Shown: in pieces, positions 1 to 12,410 of the stretch
Position numbering within the stretch: the stretch's first letter is position 1
Layout: every line of letters starts with the position of its first letter
Source of the DNA: Octopus bimaculoides
Taxonomy: Eukaryota
NCBI RefSeq assembly: GCF_001194135.2
Contig: NC_068987.1
Coordinates: 68,200,188-68,248,513, forward strand
Length of the DNA stretch: 48,326 nucleotides
Reading direction: 5' to 3'
Position numbers and translations under genes: made by a program
The notes under the pieces: generated by a model
The model's input: the letters and a program-made list of their open reading frames with translations, nothing else
Told to the model about the DNA's origin: nothing
Database searches by the model: none

Positions 1-59
1 ATATATATACCAATAAAATCCCTTAAGGGGTTATTGACTCCTATTTGTCTTTTGATCAT

Positions 60-1780
60 CAATCTAGGAGAGCAGCTGAATTGGATCTGCAACTCATACG
101 GAGGATCTGTTTGCGAATTGGAAATTTGGAGATTCAAATCTTGCTTTCCAGTTTCACACTTCAGTAATAAATGTGTAGATGTAATTTTGTGATATAAAGC
201 CTGAGAATGCTTTATCCGATCGTGTCATCTACTATTACAGTCAGAAGTGTCTTCCTTCTCTAAAAAAAATTAAAAAATTGCTAACTTCCTATGCAAGGTC
301 AATCCACTAGAAACTCATGCAGAGGACCTTTTGCTTACGTGTCATCTGACAGATCAGCAGTTGATCACAATAAAACTCAAATGAGCAACCAGCAAATATA
401 GATTTATATGTCATTTCTATCTGCGTGCAGTTCATATTATTAGCATCACACATGCATCTTCAAACACAAGCACACATACACGCGCATACAATTACGTACA
501 AACGCTCGCATGTTCATATACTGAAACATAAATATGTTTATCTGTATGTACACTGACATCTCGAAGTTTATCTGTCTACACTATTTTATTCTCCTTCATT
601 TGGAATAAACTGTATCACTCATTCACCTTCCCTCTTTCTCTCTCTCACTATCTCTTTCTCGCTCTCTCTCCCTCTCTCTCTTCCTCCCTCTCACCCTGAT
701 AAAGACGACTAATGTTTGTATTTTTTTTTGACAGATTCATGTTTTAGATGCAACATGCCAGTATAATTTTAAACTTCTTGCTATTAACGTCCTAATTGCT
801 GTGTTAATACTAATTTAAAAAAGGCTATCTGCATAAGATCACTGCCCTGGTTATTGTTATGCTCGATATCGATCGAGGTGCAACCATTTAGTTGTTTATT
901 TAGAGAGTGCCTGTAAAACAACACTACTAAGCGCATCCCGTGTCTTGAGGTAGATAGTTTCTAATAGAAAGGTATTTGGCTGCTGCTGTAACCACTCAAG
1001 TGACCCCTCGGAATATTCTTACTGGCATGTTCTGTCTCTACGTATCACAAGCAGGAAGATGAGTTTAGTTAAGCCTATTTACTCTAAAGATGTAATGTAA
1101 AGACGAAGTTCTCATTTCAAGGACGATTTCAACAATCAGTTGTAAAATGCAGAACAATATGTTTTCCCAGCTGCATATAACTAAATTGATCAAATTAGGA
1201 GAAGAAAGTCATCATAACAGTGTTGTACCTAGTATCATATTTACCGTACACACCATCTGTCTAGTAAGATGCTTACAGATTTCTAAATATTATTCATCTT
1301 GTGACTTCCAATATTAAATGAATGTAACATAATATTCTAGGTTACAACAGCATTACATTCATAACTACGGAGAGAATAAAGAAATAATTTGATATTAGAT
1401 TAGCGAAGTCGTAATTATGCAAACTCATCAATTAGATATGTCAAATAATTTAATCTATGTAACTTTTGGGTGGAAGTAATACAACAGACGCTTAATTTTA
1501 TCCTTCTTACAAAAAAGAGGAAAGATGTAGGGATTAGTAGTAAGGTTATTGGACTCGCGATTTTTAAGTCGTTTGTTCGCCTCTCGGTCCGGAAGGCTTC
1601 CTTGCACTCAGCTGAAAAGGATTACCTGTGTCATCAAAGATTGAACCTGAAAAGTACAGTGATACAAGACGTTACTCATGAAAATGAAGTCTCAAAATTT
1701 TACCCTAAACGCATTGATAATACAGATATGCCCCGGTCACATGAAGATAAGCAAATAACTGCAATGCGGATGTAATCAAT
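60..1780 (+). mobile_element. Heavily decayed CR1-like LINE relic (RT and C-terminal region), interrupted by low-complexity DNA at ~400-720
   Basis: Frameshifted pieces in the expected order: CVDVIL..KA (like VDVIYLDFxKAFD) near 175; TQVTPRNILTGMFCLYV (like SGVPQGSVLGPLLFLLY) near 990; then LAIFKSFVR, YLCHQRLNLKS and PRSHEDK (like TRGHxxK) in ORF 1470-1775. Motif resemblance judged by eye. Confidence 0.5.
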
Positions 1781-2437
1781 CTAAGTAAAGTTATATAGAT
1801 ATATATATATATATATACATGGTGCAAAATACTCTTCGGACTATTTTGCACCATGAACTCTGAAGAGTAATATTTTTTGTGTTTTGTCGAAAAGAAATCA
1901 TTATTTTATTCTGTTTTTAGAATGAAAATAATGACAAACAATGGGAAATTTTCGAGCAATACAGGTGAATATTTGGTACAGTTAGTGCTCTTGTCTATAT
2001 CAAAACTATAGGATTTCGACTGTACATGCTTTTGCATCAGGAATGTTTGTCCTTATTTTCTTTGCTTTAGTGGGTATTTAATTTCATATTGTGAGTCTTC
2101 CATTCACATCTATGGAGTTTAGTAGTTTTTGTTCTACATAAATTTGCGGAAATTCCCCAAAATTTATTATCCGGTTTGTTTTGCTTTCAATAGGCTTGCA
2201 GTAGCTAGGAAAGTTTGCCTTGAGCAACAATTGAGATAGATGAAATTTTTACATAAAACTTATTTTTATTCGTATGCTCATAATATGAGATATTTCATGA
2301 TCAAATAATTTCCACCTAACGAATGAACGATATCGGAGATATACATGTTAGGATTTTATGCAATAGTTCTGAGGAGAAATTGAACTCAGCTTTCTACGCT
2401 AACGAACTATTCGCATATTATAAGATATCGATTAAGC

Positions 2438-2660
2438 CTCTCTTTTACTCTCTTTTACTTGTTTCAGTCATTTGACTGCGGCCATGCTAGAGCAGCGTCT
2501 TTAGTCGAGCAAATCGACCCCAGGATTTATTCTTTGTAAGCCTAGTACTTATTCTATCGGTCTCTTTTGCCGAACCGCTAAGTTACGGGAACGTAAACAC
2601 ACCAGCATCGGTTGTCAAGTGATGCTGGTGGGACAAACACAGACACACAAACACACACAC

Positions 2661-2691
<31 letters not shown>

Positions 2692-2822
2692 CGACGGACT
2701 TCTTTCAGTTTCCGTCTACCAAATCCACTCACAAGGCTTTGGTCGGCCCGAGGTGCCACGCAGTTGGACTGAACCCAGAACCATGTGCTTGGTAAGCAAG
2801 CTACATAACACACAGCCATTAC
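2438..2822 (-). mobile_element. tRNA-derived SINE (octopus OR/CORE-type) with internal (TA)n and a ~28-bp deletion in the head
   Basis: Minus strand reads TGGCTGTGTG (A-box-like)...GGTTCAGTCC (B-box-like), an internal (TA)n/(TG)n stretch, a body ending CATGGCCGCAGTCAAATGACTGAAAC, and an (AGTAAAAGAG)2 tail. Homologous copies at 16076, 23735 and 40742. Confidence 0.9.
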
Positions 2823-3702
2823 TGAGTAACTATATCTGTTAAATGAATTTAGCCTGCAAAAGTTAAATCAGTTTTGGCTATAGGTACATCTTGATGCTGA
2901 TGATAATAAACAAAACGATAAGTGTTCAACCTGCGGTCTAGTTTGATACCTTGTCGAATCAGCTAACTACGCTGCATATTGAAGTGTTGATAGGAAAGTA
3001 TGAGTTACATAGCAGTACGGTATTAAAATCTTCTTGTGAATAATACGAAAACATTTCAACTGTATTTTTCAGTTCCCTCTCTGAAGAGTATTGTTAGAGG
3101 ATTTGGCAGATACCTTATTATAGCTGATCTCAAAGTGCATTACACTGGCTGACTCAATCATTGAAAATATCTTGGGATAGCGCGATCGATAAATGCAAAG
3201 TAGTCTTGGTGATGATAATTTCTATGATATCTGCCAAGCCATTGATTTGATATTTAGTTACTGGCTTGGTTATCGTTGTCAGTTGGTGTTGCTATTTTGT
3301 GTGTTGTTAAATGTGAATGTCAGTCAGTACCAGACAACACTTCGTTTATTTTTTGATAGTTGCCAGATAACTCTTGTCATCCACAATCACCAAAACAATG
3401 GGGGATATTAGTTAGCTTAAACTTAAGAATAAAGTTTAATAGTATTTGGCAACTTTCAACATCAACTTTTATAGAAGAGCAAAAAATAGCTTTGCTTATA
3501 TTAGAAAATTAAAATTGGTATTATATAGGCTTAGGTATGAACGGTATCATTCTGAAAAGGTTTTCTTCGCAACTATGTGATTCCAGGTTCAATATCACTC
3601 GTAGCCTCTCGAAAAATTCCTTCTGCTATAGTTTCGGATTAAACGATATCATGTAAGTGAAACATACAACACACACACACACATACTCACTCACAGATGT
3701 TA

Positions 3703-3890
3703 CCTATATTAATAGAAGCGAAATTCTGTCTGTCCGTCTGGGATCCCTGTATCTCAGTATACATTTGCACTATATAGACATATATCTTTTCGAAATCAGG
3801 ATGATACCGAGATTGAAAATTTGCCCTTCATTTGGTTCTTGAACATCCAGCATTGGGATCTGATTTAAAAGCAGTTGCTTTGCTTTTTCT
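3703..3890 (+). mobile_element. Probable 5' end of a non-autonomous Helitron
   Basis: Begins CTATATTAATAGAAGCGAAATTCTGTCTGTCCGTCTG, matching the usual TC-TATA-AT-rich-(TGTC)n start of animal non-autonomous Helitrons. No clear 3' hairpin found. Confidence 0.4.
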
Positions 3891-4559
3891 AGCAGGTAAA
3901 GCTTGACTGATTCACGCCACCTTGTTTGGCATTTGTCAGATGAGTCCAGAGATCAAGGGGGAGATAAATGACATTCACTTCGTTACTTTTACATCAAGAT
4001 AAGAACTTTGGGATAAAATGGTCAACAGTTGGAATTCTACTTGGGACTGGGACAATAGAATGATTGCATTACCGAATTAATCCTTCTCCGTCCTTCAACT
4101 CTGATCAAACACCACCGGGACATATAGTCATTATAGACATATTATAGTTATACTATTTAGCCTTCATTAGCCTTGGATCGCAGGCCCAATTAGCTTTCCG
4201 CAGGAACTAGATTAAAAGTCCGCACAGATTGCGGCTTTTAAGCTAATAACTTATAAAACTTTTTGTTAGACTATATTTCGGAAGTAAGAAAGACATCTTG
4301 AAGACTGGTTTTATTTAAGCGGAGCCGGAGAAAAAAAAGAGAAACGAAAGAAGGTAACGTCGATAGTGAAATATTGAAATTGACAAGGAAGGGTAAGGGG
4401 ATGGTAAAGATGATAAACGTTACGTAGTCGGAGCACGCTAAGTACATGACACAAGCGTACATGCTCTGCCACACGTATTCTTCAATATTTGAGGCACAAA
4501 CGCACGCGCACAAACACATAAACTTAAAAGACATAACTGCTGTTTAAGCAAAATGATAT

Positions 4560-4734
4560 ACATGTGTGTGTGCGTACGTGTGTATATGTATATATATATA
4601 TATAGAGAGAGAGAGAGATTGAGAGAGGCAAAGAGAGAGAGACACAAAGAGAAAGAGAGAGAGACACAAAGAGAAAGAGAGAGAGACACAAAGAGAAAGA
4701 GAGAGAGACACAAAGAGAAAGAGAGAGAGACACA

Positions 4735-4792
<58 letters not shown>
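4560..4792. repeat. Compound (TG)n-(TA)n-(GA)n microsatellite containing a ~22-24 bp minisatellite
   Basis: About five copies of (GA)n-CACAAAGAGAAA inside the GA tract. This tract explains the SLSL and RERE ORFs. Confidence 0.9.
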
Positions 4793-4794
<2 letters not shown>

Positions 4795-5594
4795 ACGCAT
4801 GGCCTCGATGCGAAGTTTTGCGAGTTAGACTAAGATTAAGTCTAGTTTCCGGTCTCGTCAAATATTCATGGAACTGCCTTGGGTTACTGATTCTCCAAAC
4901 CCATATACCAGCTGAAACCATCCCCTCTTATTGGTTTTGCATGCAAACCAAAATCTATTCCTTGATTTAAGGTCTCTACTTTCTCATTTCTTCTCTCCAA
5001 TTTATTTCAAACTGCGTGTTTTCCTTTTTTAAATATGATAGATTGCAAGATCTATGGTTATCTTCTACATTCAAAAAAGGTATATGTATTTATTGAGGGT
5101 GTTGATACATAATTCTATAAGCATTTTCTACTGGAAGGAAACTAGTCAGTCACTGTGATATATCGTATATGCAATTCTATCGATAAAATATGCCACTGTA
5201 CGAATAAGTATATGTATACATATGTATACGTGTTTGTATGCTTAACAGTGCCGCATCCCTTCTTGATAGAAGCAGCAGATTAACCTTTAGGTAAAACAAA
5301 ATCGATAAAATTAATACTAACTGGAACTAAGTACTGCGAACTCTATGATCTATCAGATGTATTTAATATGGCATATCAGTATGGCGACAGTAATGCAGCC
5401 GGAGCTAGTACAGGAATGAAGTAAATTAATTGATTAAGTAAATTATTTACTTGTGTGCGACAATGTGAATTAAAGGTTGAATTGTCTATCACTATAATCG
5501 CCAACGACTCATATTTACACACCTCGCATACACATGTGTAAGCGTGAGTAAACATACACACAGGCACACACACACACACACACATCTATATATA

Positions 5595-6382
5595 GAGAGC
5601 GGGAAGATTGGAAGGAGTCCTTTCTGCAATATGTTTCACTCACACTCCACCAGCTCTGATTGACCATTGCTCCAAATTGCTCCCCAGACCATGACAGAAT
5701 AGCTGTCATGTTTCATTGTTGCTGCAATCTTTTCACATCATATTCTTGATTACCGAATGTCCAGAACTACACTCAACCACTGTCAGAAAATACAGCATAT
5801 CTGGAAGCATTTTGAGAGAATATGACAGTGTCCCAAAATGCTTGTGGCCTCTCCACCATCTCACTGGCCCAAACTTTTCTCCGCTTGATATTAGCTTGTC
5901 AAAAAAGTGGCTTCCTTTTTGCCGCTCTGCTATAGTAACCGAGTTTGTGAAGATACCTGAGAGGTGTTCTGAGACTGGTACCAACTGGTACTGCTATGTT
6001 AGAGGCTTTGCATCTAGGTTTATCCTCCATACTTCTCTTAACAAAGAGAAGGGTCCTGTCAGAGGGACCTGGCCAACCTAGACGAGGTGATGTGGACTCC
6101 ATCCCCTCTCTGGTAAATTACACAATCACTCTATTAATTGTAGAAAGCGGGATCCTAAGATTTTCTGCAATATGCGATAAGTCCACCTTCAGAATGACCC
6201 ACAATGCATATTCTTTGATATTTAGACAGTTCCAGGGTTTCATTTGTACATGACATGATTAAACAGTCACATATAGAATCTGAAACATAAAAATGTCAAT
6301 TAATAAAAAATATAAACCTTTACAAATTAGAATAAACATAAAACGATGTTTTGGGGGTGTCTATTTATTTCTGTCATATCTG
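5595..6382 (-). mobile_element. Tc1-like DNA transposon, 3'-truncated, with decayed transposase
   Basis: Minus-strand end TA|CAGATATGACAGAAATAAATAGACACCCCC (TA at 6383-6384). Coding pieces SHIAENLRIPLSTINRV (HTH), GPSDR...RYLHKLGYYSRAAKRKPL, WDTVIFS and [14 protein letters not shown], broken by stops and frameshifts. No second TIR. Confidence 0.85.
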
Positions 6383-7087
6383 TATATATATATATATATA
6401 TATATATAACAAAATTTCCAGGATCCGATAGAATCAAGGTGTCTAAATAGCAAAGACACCAAATCAGAGTCGGGGACAGCGCATCAGTACACTAACAATA
6501 TGTACTGTTGTATACGGATTTGTCACTCAATTATGAACACATTTACATTTACTGACAGAATACACAGCATGTACGCAAAGTGACACACGAGCACGTATTC
6601 CGCAGTCGACTATACTCTTCAGGTCCAATACAGGGAAGGCTCCGAGGGGTGTGAAGTATAAACAATGACATAAATATAAACAATAATTCATCTGTGTTTA
6701 CTAGTAGGAGCCGTGTAATTGAAAGGAATAGAAAAAATTAAGAGGGCCTATTTAAGAAAGAAAGGATTTGCATAGTTTAGCTTGAATAAGCTTGAATAAA
6801 CTAAATATTCTTGACGTTCGTCTACATTCATTTCCTCATGTCTCCGTCGGTATCATTTCTATTGTCGTTGTTGTTTCTTTTTATTATATTTTCTCGCTGT
6901 TCAACACTGATTCGTGCTCTTTTTCTGCGCATCCTTATTCGAGCAGCGTGCAACCGTGTTTCTTGTGAATCCTGAGTTGAGGCTAAATTAATCCTTATAA
7001 ACAAATATCAATTACTTAAGTGAGCAGGCGATGAATGATTGCACATATGCATATACCAATGTCGCTATTAAAAAATTAGCTCAATAA

Positions 7088-7109
7088 AAAGCATACGCTC
7101 CCGCTTACA

Positions 7110-7175
<66 letters not shown>
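7088..7175. repeat. (CT)n microsatellite running into a gap
   Basis: Direct reading. Confidence 0.95.
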
Positions 7176-7669
7176 NNNNNNNNNNNNNNNNNNNNNNNNN
7201 NNNNNNNNNNNNNNNNNNNNNNNNNNNNNNNNNNNNNNNNNNNNNNNNNNNNNNNNNNNNNNNNNNNNNNNNNNNNNNNNNNNNNNNNNNNNNNNNNNNN
7301 NNNNNNNNNNNNNNNNNNNNNNNNNNNNNNNNNNNNNNNNNNNNNNNNNNNNNNNNNNNNNNNNNNNNNNNNNNNNNNNNNNNNNNNNNNNNNNNNNNNN
7401 NNNNNNNNNNNNNNNNNNNNNNNNNNNNNNNNNNNNNNNNNNNNNNNNNNNNNNNNNNNNNNNNNNNNNNNNNNNNNNNNNNNNNNNNNNNNNNNNNNNN
7501 NNNNNNNNNNNNNNNNNNNNNNNNNNNNNNNNNNNNNNNNNNNNNNNNNNNNNNNNNNNNATGGGAGAATATACAAATAATAACAACAGACGAGGACAGG
7601 TGGTGTAAATAACAAAAGTATATATTAGTATGACGCTCGGGAATACGGAAAGTCTTTGACGTTTCGAGC

Positions 7670-7719
<50 letters not shown>

Positions 7720-7724
7720 TGTAT

Positions 7725-8010
7725 GACGGACTCTCCTGTCAAAGACAACGTATGGGTGTTCAGCTTTTGCGGAACGACCAGCACAAATGATTTGTTTATA
7801 GTAATCAAGTGTATGTGCTCTATATTAGCTCACTCTCTCCATCGAATCGGCGTTGTCTGAACATGTGCATGCTGTACCACGCGTCAAGTGTCAAAGTGAT
7901 CGCCGGACAACGTGAGATGAAATCTTTTGCTCAAGAACACGACACACCAACAAGTCTAGGAATTCAAACCATGATCTCACGATTGTGAATGCAAATGTCT
8001 TGACAATTCT
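7725..8010 (-). mobile_element. Second tRNA-derived SINE family (OR1/CORE-like), diverged
   Basis: Minus strand: GGTTTGAATTCC (B-box-like), then GTGTTCTTGAGCAAAAGATTTCATCTCACGTTG (CORE-like), then ATCACTTTGACACTTGACGCG body. Confidence 0.7.
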
Positions 8011-8129
8011 AAGCTGAAGAAGAGGTTGACACCGGGTGATCCACTGTTGTCTCGGCACAACGCATACTTCAAACAAATTCGTTAGCTGACCATGGTACAA
8101 AAGTACAGTTGCATAGCGACTCTATAATC

Positions 8130-8600
8130 TTCTGCAAATCGAGTTTTATACCTATTGCTATCTTTATCATCTATAGGGCCTTTATCTAAGTCATAATTAT
8201 GCTACAATTAAAGATGTTGTTCATGAAGTAAAAGTGCAATTCATATACTTTTAATTACACAATTTTGTCTGACAAGAAAGAAATTAACTGAACTAGATAT
8301 AAACCTAAATTTAATTTCTCCCGTTGCTACTTCGACTTTACTTTTTACTTCCTCGAGATGTCTACTCAACAATTTACCAAGTATTGTTAAAAGAAATCGT
8401 CCTGTAATTCTTCATTCTTTTCGGCTCGATCCTTTTGTACATTGGTGTTACCAACAATTCCGTTAATCGTTCTGGTCTCTTTTCTGTTATTTTTTTTTAA
8501 GTAGGACAAGAAGGAAAGCATTTCTGAACATATTTCAGGCTTTCACTGTAGTGAAATATCCCTCTCTCAGATCGAAACTATGTCCGAGATGTTGCAGTAC
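8130..8600 (-). mobile_element. Decayed RTE-like LINE RT fragment
   Basis: Minus frame PERLTELLVTPMYKRIEPKRMKNYRTISF (RT domain 1, NYRxIS at ~8392-8415), followed by a decayed DLxKA-like stretch. Confidence 0.5.
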
Positions 8601-9649
8601 AGTAGACTTCGTTAAAATATCCATAAAGGTCACTTATAGTTATTAAACCGAGTAACATATAAAGTTTATCATGTCAAAATAGGGATACGCTTTTCGACGA
8701 ACTTCATATTTCCGTCTAGCAAATTTCACTTACACATCTTTTGTCAACTCCTGGACATTTGCCGAATATGTTTCACTCTGGTGTGAAATCTCAAACCACG
8801 TAACTACGATAAGATTGTAGTTCTGTGCAAGATCAATTCCCAAGTTTGAATCATTCCCTTACAGCAGTGCATCATATAATCACCACACAGCTATGATACG
8901 AAGAGAGATATAACATGCAGACGCTGCGATAAGAACTAAGGCAATATATAAGGCAAGAGATAACAAAACATATAGAAGCACCAGGAAGAATGCGAATATC
9001 AAAACGCTAACAACAATGGAAAGGAAGCAGGCTTGTTCACTTTGCTGGAAATTTGTACGGCTAGCAGAAGAAATAACAGGAAGAACATATAGAATATAGA
9101 AAGCACGTCAAAGAGCTTCCGCGCTTATTGCACTCGTTCAAAATTGTTTATATTCAGCTAAAGTAGCCTATCAAATGTAAAGCAGAACAGCGAAGTTTGG
9201 CGAATCATCTGAGAAAGTTAGAAGCAATTTGAACTTATTCGTGAAGAAATGCAGAAAATAGTTTTATGTTTGCAGTGTGGAATGCAATTAGAGTAAATTC
9301 TTTGCAATGGTTGGTTTTGTTAGAGATAGAAAGGGAAATGCATGAGTATAATTGTTGGTTGAGCTGGTGGTTGTTGTTGGGTTTGGTCACATGTCAAATT
9401 TAATTGAACAACGCAACGATCAAACACATTCAGTTCATGACCGTCCCACTTTTTAAGCGTCCGAATGAGAATGACTAAATTATCCAGTAGGATATATCTT
9501 TCATTAAAAAAATGTAATGCGCAATTTGAAGGAGTGTTGTCTTATATTTTAGCAAGTCAAGTGCCTATATACATTTTCTCAGATTAGTTCATTTTTTGGC
9601 ATTATTTTGAGAACTGGTGAGGGAAAAAGTAAGAAAATTAAAAAGACTC

Positions 9650-9960
9650 AGGCAAAAGAAAATGTATTTCTGTCCTGTATATTTTTCCCTTGGAAAGAAC
9701 ACTAAATATGAGTCAATCCTGAGATAGCGAATGGCAATAGAGGTACTGTGACAGTGTGGGAATATCTGTGGTTGAAGTACTAATATGAGATGATGCAGAT
9801 TAATGAAATTCACATCTGATAAATGCATGTAGTCGAGTTCGTTCGGATTTATGAGGTATTCACATATTCCTTTAGCCAATACTACCCTGAAGTGCTAGGT
9901 CTGTAAATGTTAGTGTTAATACATGTCGTGAACTTGGCGATTCTAGATTCTAGCTGTTGC
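9650..9960 (-). mobile_element. Possible relic of a LINE APE endonuclease
   Basis: Minus strand gives IYRPSTS (like IYRPP) and a downstream RIDSYL (like RIDxI). Weak, few motifs. Confidence 0.3.
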
Positions 9961-10437
9961 TGTCGAAGAGTATCCGATAGTGTACATCCACCATGCAGCT
10001 TCCCATTGCTCTCAGATGTTGTCCTTTTCTTAAGTGCTGAAGCTGTTTTGTACAGAATAGCTTATTTCGATATGCGTTGCTAGCCTTATATTCAAAGACC
10101 GTTCTCGTATCCAGCACGTTAGGGCCCAATCTTATCTTGGCAAGCTATTAACAAACAGATATAAAATCAACTCAAATTGATTTTAATGTGCAATTTTAAG
10201 TATTTTATTCTGATTACAATGACCTTCATATTAAGAACTATACAAATTAATATTTTTCATATTCGATCGTATTGCAGTAAATAATTTACGAATTAGTACA
10301 GCTCTAAACTTCGCCAGGCTTTATTCAAGCAGGAAGTGATAGTTTTAAAGCTCCTTTAGATATTGAACTTAGCATGTTGTATTTCTCTTCTCACACGTTA
10401 CTGCTAAATTTGTTTGGGCCTCTGGTGGAAAAAATAT

Positions 10438-10531
10438 TTAGGCATTTCCATCTAAACCTATCTCATAAAAAAGGAAACAATTATATTTACATCTGGAAAC
10501 AAATTAAATTCATTGATTTAATAATACAAAT
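10438..10531 (+). repeat. 94-bp direct repeat, copy 1
   Basis: TTAGGCATTTCCATCTAAACC...AATACAAAT differs at only 2 positions from 12411-12504. Confidence 0.95.
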
Positions 10532-11211
10532 ATTTAAAGACATTATCATTTTGTTGATATCTCATTACGGGAAGAAACTATGTTCCTGAATTCTTAAATA
10601 TACGCAGAACAACAATTTATACAATGTATAACGATGGCTGAATAACGAATGGACAGATATATACCCTCAAAACATAAATAATTCTTTTTTTTATTCAATT
10701 TATTTTCGTCAGAAATTGTGTTTGAAAAGGGAAAAAAATTTAATATTTTCCCTCTGTTTTCAAATATGAGGTGCTTACCACTGTTGTTTAGTGATGAAGA
10801 CAGTGTAATTACAAAATATTTTTATTGCCTTGAAGTCTTGAGCTCAATTTTTCGTACTGATAAAAACTATTGCAGGCATATAAACGAGTATGTAACAATA
10901 GCTATCGTTATCACGAACATAGTGCAATAATTGGAAATTTCCTTGTACTAATGTGTATAAAAACAAAAACAGGGTTTACTTTCCAACGATCAGCAATATT
11001 CAATTGCAAAGAAAAAAAATCACAATAATGCAATTCAAAATGGTGTTCCATCAAATAGAAATACACATCACAACACTGGTAGTTCGGAGGTTCATTAGCA
11101 TACTGCACAAGAGGCGAAATTTAAATACGTCGATGACGAAATTAAACGACCGAGTGAATACAATATTAAAGGAACAAATACATATCGATTGTATTTAATT
11201 TCCTAGGACGC

Positions 11212-11212
<1 letters not shown>

Positions 11213-11268
<56 letters not shown>

Positions 11269-11325
11269 CAGCAGCAGCAGTGGTGGTGGTGGTGGTGGTG
11301 GTGGTGGCAGTGGCGGTGGTGGAGG
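11213..11325. repeat. Graded triplet microsatellite (TAG)n-(CAG)n-(TGG)n
   Basis: Direct reading; all blocks are in one triplet register. Confidence 0.95.
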
Positions 11326-12410
11326 TATTTGTTCTTTTGTTGTTCTAGTAGCACTGATTTCATTCACCTGACAAATGACCAAAGGCATACTTACTCTCTT
11401 TTCCCAAAGAATAATGTATCTAGGAATGCATAACATGAGAAGTATGGCATTCATGTTCCATGCAGTCGGCATTCGTATTGTAGCACCAGCAGTGAGGAAT
11501 GTAGTCCTGATGATTAAATCCAGTTTCCTTACACCTTTGCGATTTCACTAATGGCTTCCAGTGAGGATTAGGCTGTTATTTCTTGTATTTTGCGAGACTA
11601 CATAGATTCATATTCGTATTTCGTAGCGTATTTAGGTTCATTCTAATTGTACACACAGGTCCCGTTCATATATATATATATANNNNNNNNNNNNNNNNNN
11701 NNNNNNNNNNNNNNNNNNNNNNNNNNNNNNNNNNNNNNNNNNNNNNNNNNNNNNNNNNNNNNNNNNNNNNNNNNNNNNNNNNNNNNNNNNNNNNNNNNNN
11801 NNNNNNNNNNNNNNNNNNNNNNNNNNNNNNNNNNNNNNNNNNNNNNNNNNNNNNNNNNNNNNNNNNNNNNNNNNNNNNNNNNNNNNNNNNNNNNNNNNNN
11901 NNNNNNNNNNNNNNNNNNNNNNNNNNNNNNNNNNNNNNNNNNNNNNNNNNNNNNNNNNNNNNNNNNNNNNNNNNNNNNNNNNNNNNNNNNNNNNNNNNNN
12001 NNNNNNNNNNNNNNNNNNNNNNNNNNNNNNNNNNNNNNNNNNNNNNNNNNNNNNNNNNNNNNNNNNNNNNNNNNNNNNNNNNNNNNNNNNNNNNNNNNNN
12101 NNNNNNNNNNNNNNNNNNNNNNNNNNNNNNNNNNNNNNNNNNNNNNNNNNNNNNNNNNNNNNNNNNNNNNNNNNNNNNNNNNNNNNNNNNNNNNNNNNNN
12201 NNNNNNNNNNNNNNNNNNNNNNNNNNNNNNNNNNNNNNNNNNNNNNNNNNNNNNNNNNNNNNNNNNNNNNNNNNNNNNNNNNNNNNNNNNNNNNNNNNNN
12301 NNNNNNNNNNNNNNNNNNNNNNNNNNNNNNNNNNNNNNNNNNNNNNNNNNNNNNNNNNNNNNNNNNNNNNNNNNNNNNNNNNNNAATTTAATCACAAGGT
12401 AAAAAAATAG

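Noticed and set aside
4212-4241. Terminator-like hairpin TTAAAAG-T-CCGCA/TGCGG-CTTTTAA
   Set aside because: Rho-independent terminators are not meaningful in an animal nuclear genome, and a 12-bp stem with a bulge may be chance.
4617-4745. Regularly spaced ~22-bp repeats, superficially CRISPR-like
   Set aside because: The spacers are just variable (GA)n, there are no cas genes, and the context is eukaryotic.
4271-4921. Several overlapping ORFs of 69-125 aa
   Set aside because: They are translations of (GA)n, (TA)n and (TG)n repeats.
11389-11570. Possible host exon (GTAAGT donor on minus at 11394-11389; pyrimidine tract plus AG on plus near 11410)
   Set aside because: No matching partner splice site, stops in most frames and no recognisable domain. 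RNA-seq would be needed.
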